This document shows positions 49,182 to 57,391 of a stretch of 64,000 nt of DNA, one piece after another. The number at the start of each line of letters is the position of its first letter. The first letter of the stretch is position 1. The position numbers were made by a program, and so were the translations under genes. Under the pieces are notes generated by a model. That model did not search any database, was not told the DNA's origin, and worked only from the letters and a program-made list of their open reading frames with translations. Where the stretch lies: positions 1,431 through 65,430 of the forward strand of contig JBKGZA010000001.1 in the NCBI GenBank assembly GCA_046545815.1, written 5' to 3'. This DNA comes from Bacteroidales bacterium (lineage in GTDB: Bacteria; Bacteroidota; Bacteroidia; Bacteroidales; UBA12077).

Positions 49182-50027
49182 TTAAAAATAATAATGGAGA
49201 TTATCTATCAGACGCACACTTCCTACCCTGGCTGCTATACAGGCCCGCCTGTAATAAGTATCATCCCAGTTTTTAATGGGCTGTAGCGTCTTTTCATCCA
49301 CTATTTCAAAATATTCAACGTCAATATAGCGATCATTGTTTAATTCCCCGGTTATCCTTTCTTTCAAATCCTCTACCGGATATTCCCCGGCAAGATCACG
49401 GCCTTTGAACAAGGCTCCGGAAATCTTGGATGCATGCCTGCGCTGTTCTTTGGTCAGGCGCTCGTTTCTGGAGCTCTTGGCAAGCCCGTCAGGTTCACGA
49501 ACGATCGGACAGGAGATAATTTCTATGTCCATGCCGAGCTGTGCAGTCAAATTCCGGATAATGACCAACTGCTGAAAATCCTTTTCTCCGAAATAAGCAC
49601 GGTGGGGTCTGACAATGTCAAACAACCTGCTTACAATCTGAGCCACTCCATTGAAATGGCCGGGACGGTGTTTCCCTTCCATTACCTTATCCAGCTGACC
49701 AAAATCAAACTCCCGGTTATCGGGTTCGGGATACATTTCTTTCTCCGTTGGTGTGAAAATTATATCGACTCCGGCTTCTCCGAGCTTGTTGATGTCTCCC
49801 TCCAGATCACGGGGATATTTTTCAAAATCATCCCGCTGGTTGAACTGGGTGGGATTGACAAAAATACTCACTACGGTGATGTCATTATCTTGTGTGCAGG
49901 AATCAACCAATGCAATATGCCCCTGGTGCAATGCGCCCATCGTAGGGACAAAGCCTATGCCGTATCCCTGTTGCCTCAGCTCTGATAACTTATTCTGTAT
50001 ATCCCGTACCGTTTCGAAAACCTCCAT
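49182..50027 (-). CDS. panC: Pantoate--beta-alanine ligase
   Basis: [11 protein letters not shown] motif. Start placed at the ATG at 50027 (MEVFETV...); the longer ORF extension looks non-coding. Confidence 0.93.
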   Translation of the reverse strand: MEVFETVRDIQNKLSELRQQGYGIGFVPTMGALHQGHIALVDSCTQDNDITVVSIFVNPTQFNQRDDFEKYPRDLEGDINKLGEAGVDIIFTPTEKEMYPEPDNREFDFGQLDKVMEGKHRPGHFNGVAQIVSRLFDIVRPHRAYFGEKDFQQLVIIRNLTAQLGMDIEIISCPIVREPDGLAKSSRNERLTKEQRRHASKISGALFKGRDLAGEYPVEDLKERITGELNNDRYIDVEYFEIVDEKTLQPIKNWDDTYYRRACIAARVGSVRLIDNLHYYF

Positions 50028-50175
50028 ACACATGATATTACACATCTGTGAAACGAAAGCACAAATATATATATTATTATAATACCGGCGCAATCAAAAT
50101 GGGTTTGTTCATATGATGAATCCGGTTGGAATCCCTTATTTTTCCAAAAAGTTTTTCCATAAACAATAAAAATAT

Positions 50176-50183
50176 TAATTTTG
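50176..50183 (+). promoter_or_regulatory. -7 box (TAATTTTG) upstream of tRNA-Ala
   Basis: Matches TAnnTTTG, 21 nt before the tRNA 5' end. No clear -33 TTTG. Confidence 0.35.
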
Positions 50184-50203
50184 CACTTGCAAAAAGAAAA
50201 AGG

Positions 50204-50277
50204 GGGGACTTAGCTCAGTTGGCTAGAGCGCCACGCTGGCAGCGTGGAGGTCATGGGTTCGAGCCCCATAGTCTCCA
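50204..50277 (+). tRNA. tRNA-Ala (anticodon GGC)
   Basis: Acceptor GGGGACT/AGTCTCC with the G3:U70 alanine identity pair, anticodon stem CCACG/CGTGG with loop CTGGCAG, T-arm ATGGG-TTCGAGC-CCCAT. 74 nt. Confidence 0.9.
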
Positions 50278-50278
50278 C

Positions 50279-50317
50279 AAAAACCCATTGTAGGCTACTC
50301 ATGCAATGGGTTTTTTT
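50279..50317 (+). terminator. Rho-independent terminator after tRNA-Ala
   Basis: Stem acccattg/caatgggt (50283-50290 / 50304-50311) followed by a 7-T run. Confidence 0.75.
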
Positions 50318-50484
50318 ATTGCTTCCGTAGCCAACCTGCCGTTTAGGCGGGACATACGATTTATATGCCCCATCTTTTTGCCCGGCAACAGAGAAGGCCT
50401 TTTTCCATACACAGGATATATGGTTCCCGTCCGGTAAGGGCATTTTCTGTTGGCAGAGGTGCTCTGGACTGACAAGTATGCATG

Positions 50485-50610
50485 TTTTCTCAGGAAAATG
50501 GACATACCTGCCGGGAAGTGAGTATATTTTCCATGGAAAATGGTCATACCTGATGACAGGTATCTATGTTTTCAACAAAAAAAATATCTCCCTCTTCGAC
50601 AGATGCCTCA
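50485..50610 (+). repeat. 42-nt tandem repeat: two clear units plus one degenerate unit
   Basis: Units start at 50485, 50527 and 50569, each beginning ttttc. Units 1 and 2 share 22 of their first 26 nt (ttttcNNNggaaaatggNcatacctg). Confidence 0.7.
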
Positions 50611-50890
50611 TTCTACTTCAAGATATAGCCATGCCGGCCGGCACAAACCCTTACTTTTCATTGAAAATGGATGAATCAACCGATAAGCATGACATGCATA
50701 CGGATCAAAATGCCATTGTCATGTAAAAGAGGTTCTTATCACAAGAAAGGGATAAAAAGTTGTTCGGGTGACAATGCAAAGGAAATATAAGTTATTAACA
50801 TTTTATCAACAATCATTTTTTTGGTTGATGCAAAGAAATAATTTTGTATATTTAGTGCGAATTAAATTTTAACCTTTAACACATACCATT

Positions 50891-50968
50891 ATGTCTTCAT
50901 TTTTAAATCCTGCCAGCGATAAATCACGCCTGGGCATGCTTATGGCTGCAGTAATAGCAGATGCGTAA
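50891..50968 (+). other. Candidate small ORF (25 codons) or 5' part of a small RNA/leader
   Basis: ATG..TAA encodes MSSFLNPASDKSRLGMLMAAVIADA. It lies between a TAATTTTG box (50839-50846) and a strong terminator (51048-51080). Confidence 0.25.
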
Positions 50969-51047
50969 GACGAGATTCCGGAGACGGATACAGAATAATT
51001 GTTCAGCAAGTGGTTTCTTCAGGCTCATCAAGCCACTCTCCTGATCA

Positions 51048-51080
51048 GGCCGGGGTAACAGCGCGACCCCGGCCTTTTCT
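51048..51080 (+). terminator. Strong orphan rho-independent terminator (or attenuator)
   Basis: 9-bp GC-rich stem ggccggggt/accccggcc with a 9-nt loop, then ttttct. There is no annotated plus-strand gene upstream of it. Confidence 0.7.
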
Positions 51081-51144
51081 ATTAAACAAAACCCTGGCAA
51101 CCAGTTGCACAAAAAATACATCTATAGAATAAAAGCACTAAAAA

Positions 51145-52044
51145 ATGAGAACATATTTTACAGGTTTGATCCTGTTAACCCTCTTCACCGCAGGCTGTGA
51201 AAACGGCGGCAACCAAATCCGTCCGTCCGAGGTCGGGTTCATTATGAAAATGAACAACCAAACCGTCATCAACTTTAGCGATATTGACTATTACGACTTC
51301 TCCACACACATGATCTATCTGAAGCATGACTTCTCTTACTTTAAGGAAGAGGAGCTCCATGACATGGATGAATTTACGGTATATGGCAATGGCGAAAAGA
51401 TCTACACCGGACATACCTTCCCCGGGTATTATTCCTATATGCCGAAGGGGCCGGTAATACAATGCGATCCCCACTTCTACAGCGATTATATTGTTCCCAT
51501 CGGGTTCATCAATATCATTGATACACTTGGAAACCCCACTCCCGATCCAAGAAGCGACCCGAGGATCGCGGCAGCATTGAAGCGGTTCAATCAGTACCGT
51601 GAAGGATTAAAGGGTGAGATCCGTTCGGTAACCTACATGAACCAGTACCGGGTTAAGTTTGAATTTAGCCTGACCAACGAAGATTCTTTCAGCTATTATT
51701 ACCTGGATCCGGGTAAGATGGGCACCGGGCTGTTCCACTACTTCACCAATGGGCTTTATATCCGTGATGAAGCCACCCATGAATCATACACTCATAAGAT
51801 GAAGGTAGAAAGCCCCGAGTCATATAAAACCTGGAAAAAAGGGTGGCTGTCGCTGATCAAAAGCGGGGAAACCAAAATCCTCTCCATCACCTACAACCGT
51901 TTTGAGGTGGTTCCGCCGGGAATGTATACGGCCGCATTCACCTTCCCGGGACTCCATTGGGTAGATAAAGAAAAACTGAAACAGGATGAGGGAAGGATAT
52001 GGCTGGGAAAGATAGCCTTCCAAAAGGAAATCATCGTTCAATAG
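51145..52044 (+). CDS. Hypothetical lipoprotein
   Basis: 299 aa with lipobox LFTAGC. Tyr/Phe-rich. No recognisable family. Confidence 0.6.
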   Translation: MRTYFTGLILLTLFTAGCENGGNQIRPSEVGFIMKMNNQTVINFSDIDYYDFSTHMIYLKHDFSYFKEEELHDMDEFTVYGNGEKIYTGHTFPGYYSYMPKGPVIQCDPHFYSDYIVPIGFINIIDTLGNPTPDPRSDPRIAAALKRFNQYREGLKGEIRSVTYMNQYRVKFEFSLTNEDSFSYYYLDPGKMGTGLFHYFTNGLYIRDEATHESYTHKMKVESPESYKTWKKGWLSLIKSGETKILSITYNRFEVVPPGMYTAAFTFPGLHWVDKEKLKQDEGRIWLGKIAFQKEIIVQ

Positions 52045-52313
52045 GATTGATTCTAACCCGAATTATTCACAAATAATTCTGACGCTATTGAAAAACCTGG
52101 CTTTTTGCTTCAATAAATTTCGCAAAAACCCGGTTTTTCTAATGCGGGGTAACCTGGATCCTTCCCACAATCCATCCCGCATTCATAAACTTCACTTCGT
52201 TTGTTTGAATAATCCAGGCTAAAAACAATTATTCAATTATCGAAGCAAACCGGAAATATTTTTAATTATATTTGCGTATTGAAATACTTGAATTACCAAA
52301 ATACTTTATACAC

Positions 52314-52712
52314 ATGTCCAAAGTGGTTTCATTATCAGAGGCAGCTTCCATTGCCCTTCATGGAATAATACTGGTTGCAAGGGAGAAGCAGGGAATAAAC
52401 GTAGCCAGGATCGCGGAACTTACCAGTACATCCAAACATCACGTAGCCAAGGTAATGCAAAGGCTGGTAAAATCAGGATATCTTACATCGCATCGCGGCC
52501 CTCACGGAGGATTTGAGCTGAAGAAAAAACCCGAAGACATCAATTTCCTCGAAATTTATGAAACCATTGAAGGTACCATCGAGATCAATACCTGCCCGAT
52601 GAACAAACCCGTATGCCCCTTCGACAAATGCATCATGAACAACATTACCAGCAAGATGTCGGAAGAATTTAAGGAATACCTGAGGAACCAAACGCTGGAT
52701 GAATATCTCTGA
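52314..52712 (+). CDS. Rrf2-family transcriptional regulator (Cys-cluster type)
   Basis: LSEAASIALHGIILVA wHTH region and three Cys in CPMNKPVCPFDKC. ATG at 52314 is preferred over the TTG at 52272. TATATTTG box at 52267-52274. Confidence 0.85.
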   Translation: MSKVVSLSEAASIALHGIILVAREKQGINVARIAELTSTSKHHVAKVMQRLVKSGYLTSHRGPHGGFELKKKPEDINFLEIYETIEGTIEINTCPMNKPVCPFDKCIMNNITSKMSEEFKEYLRNQTLDEYL

Positions 52713-52788
52713 CGACAGAATTTTACCACAACATTGTACACCGATTCTTAATTTATTTTTGTAATTTGGGAGGGATTTAGCACGGTTC

Positions 52789-53487
52789 ATGAATCCTTTC
52801 CTTTCCCTTCTAAAAGATGCATTTGGGCTGATATACCCCAATGTATGTGTTACCTGCGGCATGCAACTGCCCGCCGGCATCCGCTTCATATGCAACAAAT
52901 GCAGATACAATATCCCCCGCACCGGATATCATAAGGAACAGGACAACCCGGTTGAACAGATATTCTGGGGGAGGGTGCGGGTGAACCATGCCGCATCCCT
53001 GTTTTACTACACCAAGGGAAGTCGTTACCAGAAGCTGATTCACGTGATCAAATATCATGGAAATAAAGACCTGGGATACGAAATGGGTAAAATCTACGGA
53101 CGGGAGCTGGCTCATACGCCTTTTTCCAAAGCGGACCTGATCGTGCCGGTACCTCTGCATCCCGTCAAAATACGAAAACGGGGCTTCAACCAGAGCGAAT
53201 GGATCGGGAAGGGCCTTGCTGAAGCACTGCAGAAACCAATGGTGGTGAATACCCTATACCGGGCAGTGAATACCAGGTCGCAAACACGTAAAACCCGTAT
53301 AGAAAGATGGAAGAATGTAGAAAATGTATTTAGGCTGAGGTCAGTGGAGGCTTTCCGAAACAGGCATGTGCTTCTGGTAGATGATGTGGTCACCACCGGT
53401 TCAACACTGGAATCATGCACCAATGTGATTACCGGGTGTGCCAATGCCTCGGTGAGCATCGTCACGCTGGGATATGCCAAACTTTAA
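52789..53487 (+). CDS. comF: ComF-family phosphoribosyltransferase-domain protein
   Basis: N-terminal Cys pairs (CVTCG..CNKC) and the PRTase motif VLLVDDVVTTGSTL. Confidence 0.85.
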   Translation: MNPFLSLLKDAFGLIYPNVCVTCGMQLPAGIRFICNKCRYNIPRTGYHKEQDNPVEQIFWGRVRVNHAASLFYYTKGSRYQKLIHVIKYHGNKDLGYEMGKIYGRELAHTPFSKADLIVPVPLHPVKIRKRGFNQSEWIGKGLAEALQKPMVVNTLYRAVNTRSQTRKTRIERWKNVENVFRLRSVEAFRNRHVLLVDDVVTTGSTLESCTNVITGCANASVSIVTLGYAKL

Positions 53488-53492
53488 TGCTG

Positions 53493-53990
53493 TCAGAAAC
53501 TTTCTACCCTATACACCTGGGAATTATCCGGGCATTCATCGAGCAACTGGCGGATGGTTTTTTTGAACACCGGATGAATCAGGTCAGCGGCGATCTCGTT
53601 CAGGGGAAGCAAGGTGAACCTCCGGCGGTGAAGCAATTTATGGGGTATGGTCAGCGATTCGGTTTCAATGACTTCATCCCGGTAAAAAAGAATATCGATA
53701 TCAATCACACGACTCGAATACGCTTCTTTCTCAGAAACCCTTTTTTTGCCCATCTCATCTTCGATAGCCTGCAGGGTTTCCAGAAGCCTGCGGGGAACCA
53801 AACCGGTGTCTATAGCCACCACCTGATTGAGGAAGTTATTGGCATTTTGAAATCCCCAGGGTTCGGATTCATATATTGAAGAATACCTGACCACCTCCCC
53901 GGCATGTCTGCCTATCAGCCTGAGGGCAGCATCAAGCTGCCGGTATCGTTCTCCCATATTGCTGCCCAAAAGTATAATGGCTTCCCTCAT
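53493..53990 (-). CDS. folK: 2-amino-4-hydroxy-6-hydroxymethyldihydropteridine diphosphokinase
   Basis: 165 aa. ILLGSNMG, YESEPWG, IDIDILFY and IPH motifs are typical of HPPK. Confidence 0.9.
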   Translation of the reverse strand: MREAIILLGSNMGERYRQLDAALRLIGRHAGEVVRYSSIYESEPWGFQNANNFLNQVVAIDTGLVPRRLLETLQAIEDEMGKKRVSEKEAYSSRVIDIDILFYRDEVIETESLTIPHKLLHRRRFTLLPLNEIAADLIHPVFKKTIRQLLDECPDNSQVYRVESF

Positions 53991-54167
53991 GCGTATAAAG
54001 GTTTATTGGTCATCGATATGGAATATTTTTTTTCAAAAACGAAAAAAGTGTAATATATTCCAGATGCAAAGAGACAAATTTATTGAAAGGTAAAAATTGT
54101 TAACGACAATTTTAATTTTATTTTCTAATAGATCGTATTTTTGTATGAATTTTTAAAATCTATCATT

Positions 54168-55931
54168 ATGAAAAGCTTCTTAAAATACACCCTGGCCACA
54201 ATAGTGGGAATTCTGATCACAGGTTTGTTGTTCTTCCTGATATTTTTCAGTGTTATGGGGACATTAATCCCAAAAGGGGACAAAACTACTGAAATTCAAC
54301 CCAAATCGCTGCTGAAAATGGAGCTGAGCCATATGATCATGGACCGTAGTTCCAAAGATCCTTTCGCCAATTTTGATTTCAGGTCGCTTAAACCTACTAC
54401 ACAGCTGGGATTGGATGAGATATTGGCAAACATAGAAAAAGCAAAAAAAGATGAGGATATAAAGGGGATTTATCTGGATTTATCTGTAATACCGGCAGGA
54501 ATGGCAACCATAGAAGAAATACGGAATGCACTGATTGATTTTAAAGACAGTGGTAAATTCGTGATCGGGTATGCCGATAATTTTTATCAGACCAGCTATT
54601 ATCTCGCCACGGTCGCGGATAAAATTTATATGAACCCGGCAGGGCTGGTCAGTCTGACCGGTTTAAGCTCCCAGGTGATGTTTTTCAAGGAAGGGCTCGA
54701 TAAGCTTGGGGTAGAACCCCAGATAGTCAGGCACGGTGAATTTAAAGGTGCCGTTGAACCCTTTACGCGGAATGATATGAGTGAAGAGAACAGTTACCAG
54801 ATCAACGCCTATGTCAGCACCCTCTGGAACCATATGGCCGAAGAGATTGCCGGGCACAGAAACATTTCTCAGGATACGCTGAATATGCTGGTAAATAACC
54901 TTGCACTGAACAACTCAGAAACTGCGGTAACACATGGTCTGATCGACGGGTTGAAATATAAGGATGAAATACTTGAAGAATTGCGGGACAGTTCAGACGT
55001 CGATGAGGAGGTACGTTTGGTGGGCATGAAAAAATACAACCGGGTTCCTGCCATAAAGGATTATACAGGGCTTGCCCGCGACAAAATTGCTGTTGTATAT
55101 GCCATGGGCACAGTAATGCTGGGAGAAGAAGAGGAGGGTAACATCGGTTCCGACAGGATATCCGGGGCAATCAGGGAAGCCCGCAAGGATTCTTCGATTA
55201 AAGCCATTGTTTTCAGGGTAAATTCCGGAGGAGGAAGCGCCCTGGCTTCTGAGGTTATCTGGCGGGAATTGAAACTGGCACAACAGGAAAAGCCTGTTGT
55301 TGCATCGTTTGGCGATGTGGCCGCATCGGGAGGCTATTACATTGCTGCCCCGGCAGATACCATAGTGGCAAGCCCCAACACACTCACCGGCTCTATAGGA
55401 GTTTTCGGACTTTTCTTCAACACCAGAGAACTCCTTAATGACAAGCTGGGCATTCATGTAGATGTAGCAAAATCCCATGAAAATGCAGACTTTGGAAGTC
55501 CTTTCCGCGCAATGACTGCAAAAGAAAAAGAAGCCATCAGAAAAAGCATTGAAGATACCTATGATGGCTTTGTGAGCCATGTTGCTCAGGGAAGAAATAT
55601 GAGCAAAGACGAAGTGGACGAGATTGCCAGGGGAAGAGTGTGGAGCGGTGTGGATGCCAAACGGGTCGGACTGATCGACCTCTACGGAGGAATGCAAAAG
55701 GCTGTGGATATGGCTGCAGAGATGGCTGACATCGAAAAATACCGGACCATCGGCCTGCCCAGTCTCAAAGATCCCTTCCAGCAGTTTCTTAAAGGGATTT
55801 CGGGTGATATAAAGAACAAAGTGCTCAAAACGACCCTCGGCAGTGAAGCCCGTTATTATATGAATCTGAAAGAAGCGACAAAAATGGAGGGCATCCAGAC
55901 GCGAATTCCCTATAAAATAGAAGTCAATTAA
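54168..55931 (+). CDS. sppA: Signal peptide peptidase SppA, 67K type
   Basis: N-terminal TM helix, two ClpP/crotonase-like halves and GDVAASGGYYIA. The ATG at 54168 is preferred over the TTG at 54141. Confidence 0.9.
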   Translation: MKSFLKYTLATIVGILITGLLFFLIFFSVMGTLIPKGDKTTEIQPKSLLKMELSHMIMDRSSKDPFANFDFRSLKPTTQLGLDEILANIEKAKKDEDIKGIYLDLSVIPAGMATIEEIRNALIDFKDSGKFVIGYADNFYQTSYYLATVADKIYMNPAGLVSLTGLSSQVMFFKEGLDKLGVEPQIVRHGEFKGAVEPFTRNDMSEENSYQINAYVSTLWNHMAEEIAGHRNISQDTLNMLVNNLALNNSETAVTHGLIDGLKYKDEILEELRDSSDVDEEVRLVGMKKYNRVPAIKDYTGLARDKIAVVYAMGTVMLGEEEEGNIGSDRISGAIREARKDSSIKAIVFRVNSGGGSALASEVIWRELKLAQQEKPVVASFGDVAASGGYYIAAPADTIVASPNTLTGSIGVFGLFFNTRELLNDKLGIHVDVAKSHENADFGSPFRAMTAKEKEAIRKSIEDTYDGFVSHVAQGRNMSKDEVDEIARGRVWSGVDAKRVGLIDLYGGMQKAVDMAAEMADIEKYRTIGLPSLKDPFQQFLKGISGDIKNKVLKTTLGSEARYYMNLKEATKMEGIQTRIPYKIEVN

Positions 55932-56022
55932 TCCATCAATGAAACAATTTTATCAAATTGGGCACCGGATGATTTGTTTTTCATCCGGTGTCTTTGTATT
56001 ATTGAATAGAATTGTACCGCTC

Positions 56023-56514
56023 ATGAATGGTTTTAAAATACTCATGTTATTGTTGTTAACCGGTTTAATGTTTTCCTGCACCTCCCAAAAACAGGAAGGA
56101 CAAGATTATTCCGAAGAGATAGACAGTATGCTTACAAAACTCAGGGTTTTGGGCGACAGCTTGGATTCACTGAATATCCGGGAAGTTCAGCAAATAAATA
56201 AATCTTACTGGAAATACTATGATACTGCCCAGGTCAGAGATACACAGGATATAAAATTTCGGTTATACGAGAAATCGCAGAACATTTTAAAGTGGTATGG
56301 AAACGTGAACAGGGAAATCAATTATTCGAGAAGCCATCTGAAGTCCATTAAAGAAGAATTTAAAAATGAAGACATCCCCGACAGCACAAAGAAAAAGAAG
56401 CTGAAAGAAGAAAAGCAGATCGTTTCCTCCATACAAAAACGGTTTGAGAAGGAGTATCAATCCCTGAAAAAAGAAGTGGAAGCATTGTTAAACAGAAAAA
56501 GCATTGATGAATAA
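56023..56514 (+). CDS. Hypothetical coiled-coil lipoprotein
   Basis: The lipobox LMFSC follows MNGFKILMLLLLTG. The rest is Lys/Glu-rich and helical. The ORF could alternatively begin at 55939. Confidence 0.5.
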   Translation: MNGFKILMLLLLTGLMFSCTSQKQEGQDYSEEIDSMLTKLRVLGDSLDSLNIREVQQINKSYWKYYDTAQVRDTQDIKFRLYEKSQNILKWYGNVNREINYSRSHLKSIKEEFKNEDIPDSTKKKKLKEEKQIVSSIQKRFEKEYQSLKKEVEALLNRKSIDE

Positions 56515-57391
56515 GTCCTATCTGTACGCCGGAATAACCGTTTTTTTCTGGGCAACCATTGCCACCGCCTTTAAGATAGCGCTGCGTTACGTGAATTATG
56601 TGGAGCTGGTGCTTTATTGCTCCGTAACTACCGTGATCATTCTTTTTTTTATTCTTTTGCTTCAGAACAGGCTGAAGGAGGTTTTTCGCATAAAACGTGC
56701 ACATTATATTAATTCACTGGTGCTGGGATTTCTGAATCCCTTTTTTTATTACCTGATCCTTTTTAAGGCTTATTCCCTGCTCCCCGCACAGATAGCCCAG
56801 CCCCTCAATTTCACGTGGCCCATCGTGCTGACCTTTCTTTCAATGCCTGTACTCAAACAACCGGTTACCGGGAAGAACATCCTGGCCCTGTTTTTAAGTT
56901 TTACCGGTGTATATTTTATATCATCAGAAGGAGCCCCTTTCAATATGGCTTTTGCAGAACCTCTGGGCGTGTCTCTTGCCGTGGGGAGCTCCCTAATTTG
57001 GTCGGTTTATTGGCTGGTAAACATGAAAGACCAACGGGAAGAAGTGATCAAGATATTTTTGAACTTTCTCTTTTCATTGTTGTTCATCATACCATACTGG
57101 CTAATATTCTCAGAACCAAGAATTCCATCATTGAACGGAATCCTGGCATCAGTTTATTCAGGCGCTTTTGAGATGGGCATTACTTTCGTACTGTGGCTGA
57201 AAGCGCTCAAGTATGCAAAATCCACAGCGGTGGTCAGCAATTTAATCTACCTGGCTCCGTTTTTTTCTCTGATATTCATTCAAACGATTTTGCGCGAACA
57301 GATTTACTACACAACCATCATCGGTCTGATTCTGATCGTTGCCGGTATTGTTTACCAGGAAATGCATAAAACCAAGAGCTATGATACGTAA
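56507..57391 (+). CDS. EamA/DMT-family transporter
   Basis: About 294 aa, 10 TM helices with two EamA-like halves. The ATG at 56507 overlaps the upstream stop. Confidence 0.8.
   Translation: MNKSYLYAGITVFFWATIATAFKIALRYVNYVELVLYCSVTTVIILFFILLLQNRLKEVFRIKRAHYINSLVLGFLNPFFYYLILFKAYSLLPAQIAQPLNFTWPIVLTFLSMPVLKQPVTGKNILALFLSFTGVYFISSEGAPFNMAFAEPLGVSLAVGSSLIWSVYWLVNMKDQREEVIKIFLNFLFSLLFIIPYWLIFSEPRIPSLNGILASVYSGAFEMGITFVLWLKALKYAKSTAVVSNLIYLAPFFSLIFIQTILREQIYYTTIIGLILIVAGIVYQEMHKTKSYDT

Noticed and set aside
50371-50445. Possible degenerate fourth copy of the 49-nt repeat (ccggtaaggg at 50431-50440, ttttgcccggcaac nearby).
   Set aside because: Only the terminal 9-mer and a few interior bases match. 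No alignment across the element holds up by eye.
50478-50726. 82-aa ORF whose N-terminus repeats F(S/H)GKW(T/S)YL, produced by the 42-nt tandem repeat.
   Set aside because: The repeat is in frame (14 codons), but the remainder is not protein-like. Competing ORFs overlap it on both strands, and it has no signal or TM features. It is treated as a DNA repeat rather than a gene.
50880-51085. Tested whether this unit is SRP/4.5S RNA, tmRNA, 6S RNA or RNase P RNA.
   Set aside because: I could not find the conserved SRP domain IV motif, a tRNA-like 3' end with an alanine-ending tag ORF, or the RNase P GAGGAAAGUCC-type core. It is left as an unclassified candidate in the findings.
50924-51121. 65-aa minus-strand ORF antisense to the candidate small transcript.
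   Set aside because: Its coding frame runs through the GC-rich terminator hairpin. It is Cys/Leu-rich and has no recognisable features. It is probably an artefact.
50204-52270. Integrated mobile element or genomic islet at tRNA-Ala.
   Set aside because: There is no integrase, transposase or phage gene, and I found no direct repeat of the tRNA 3' end downstream. Only the decayed-remnant possibility is kept, as a low-confidence idea.
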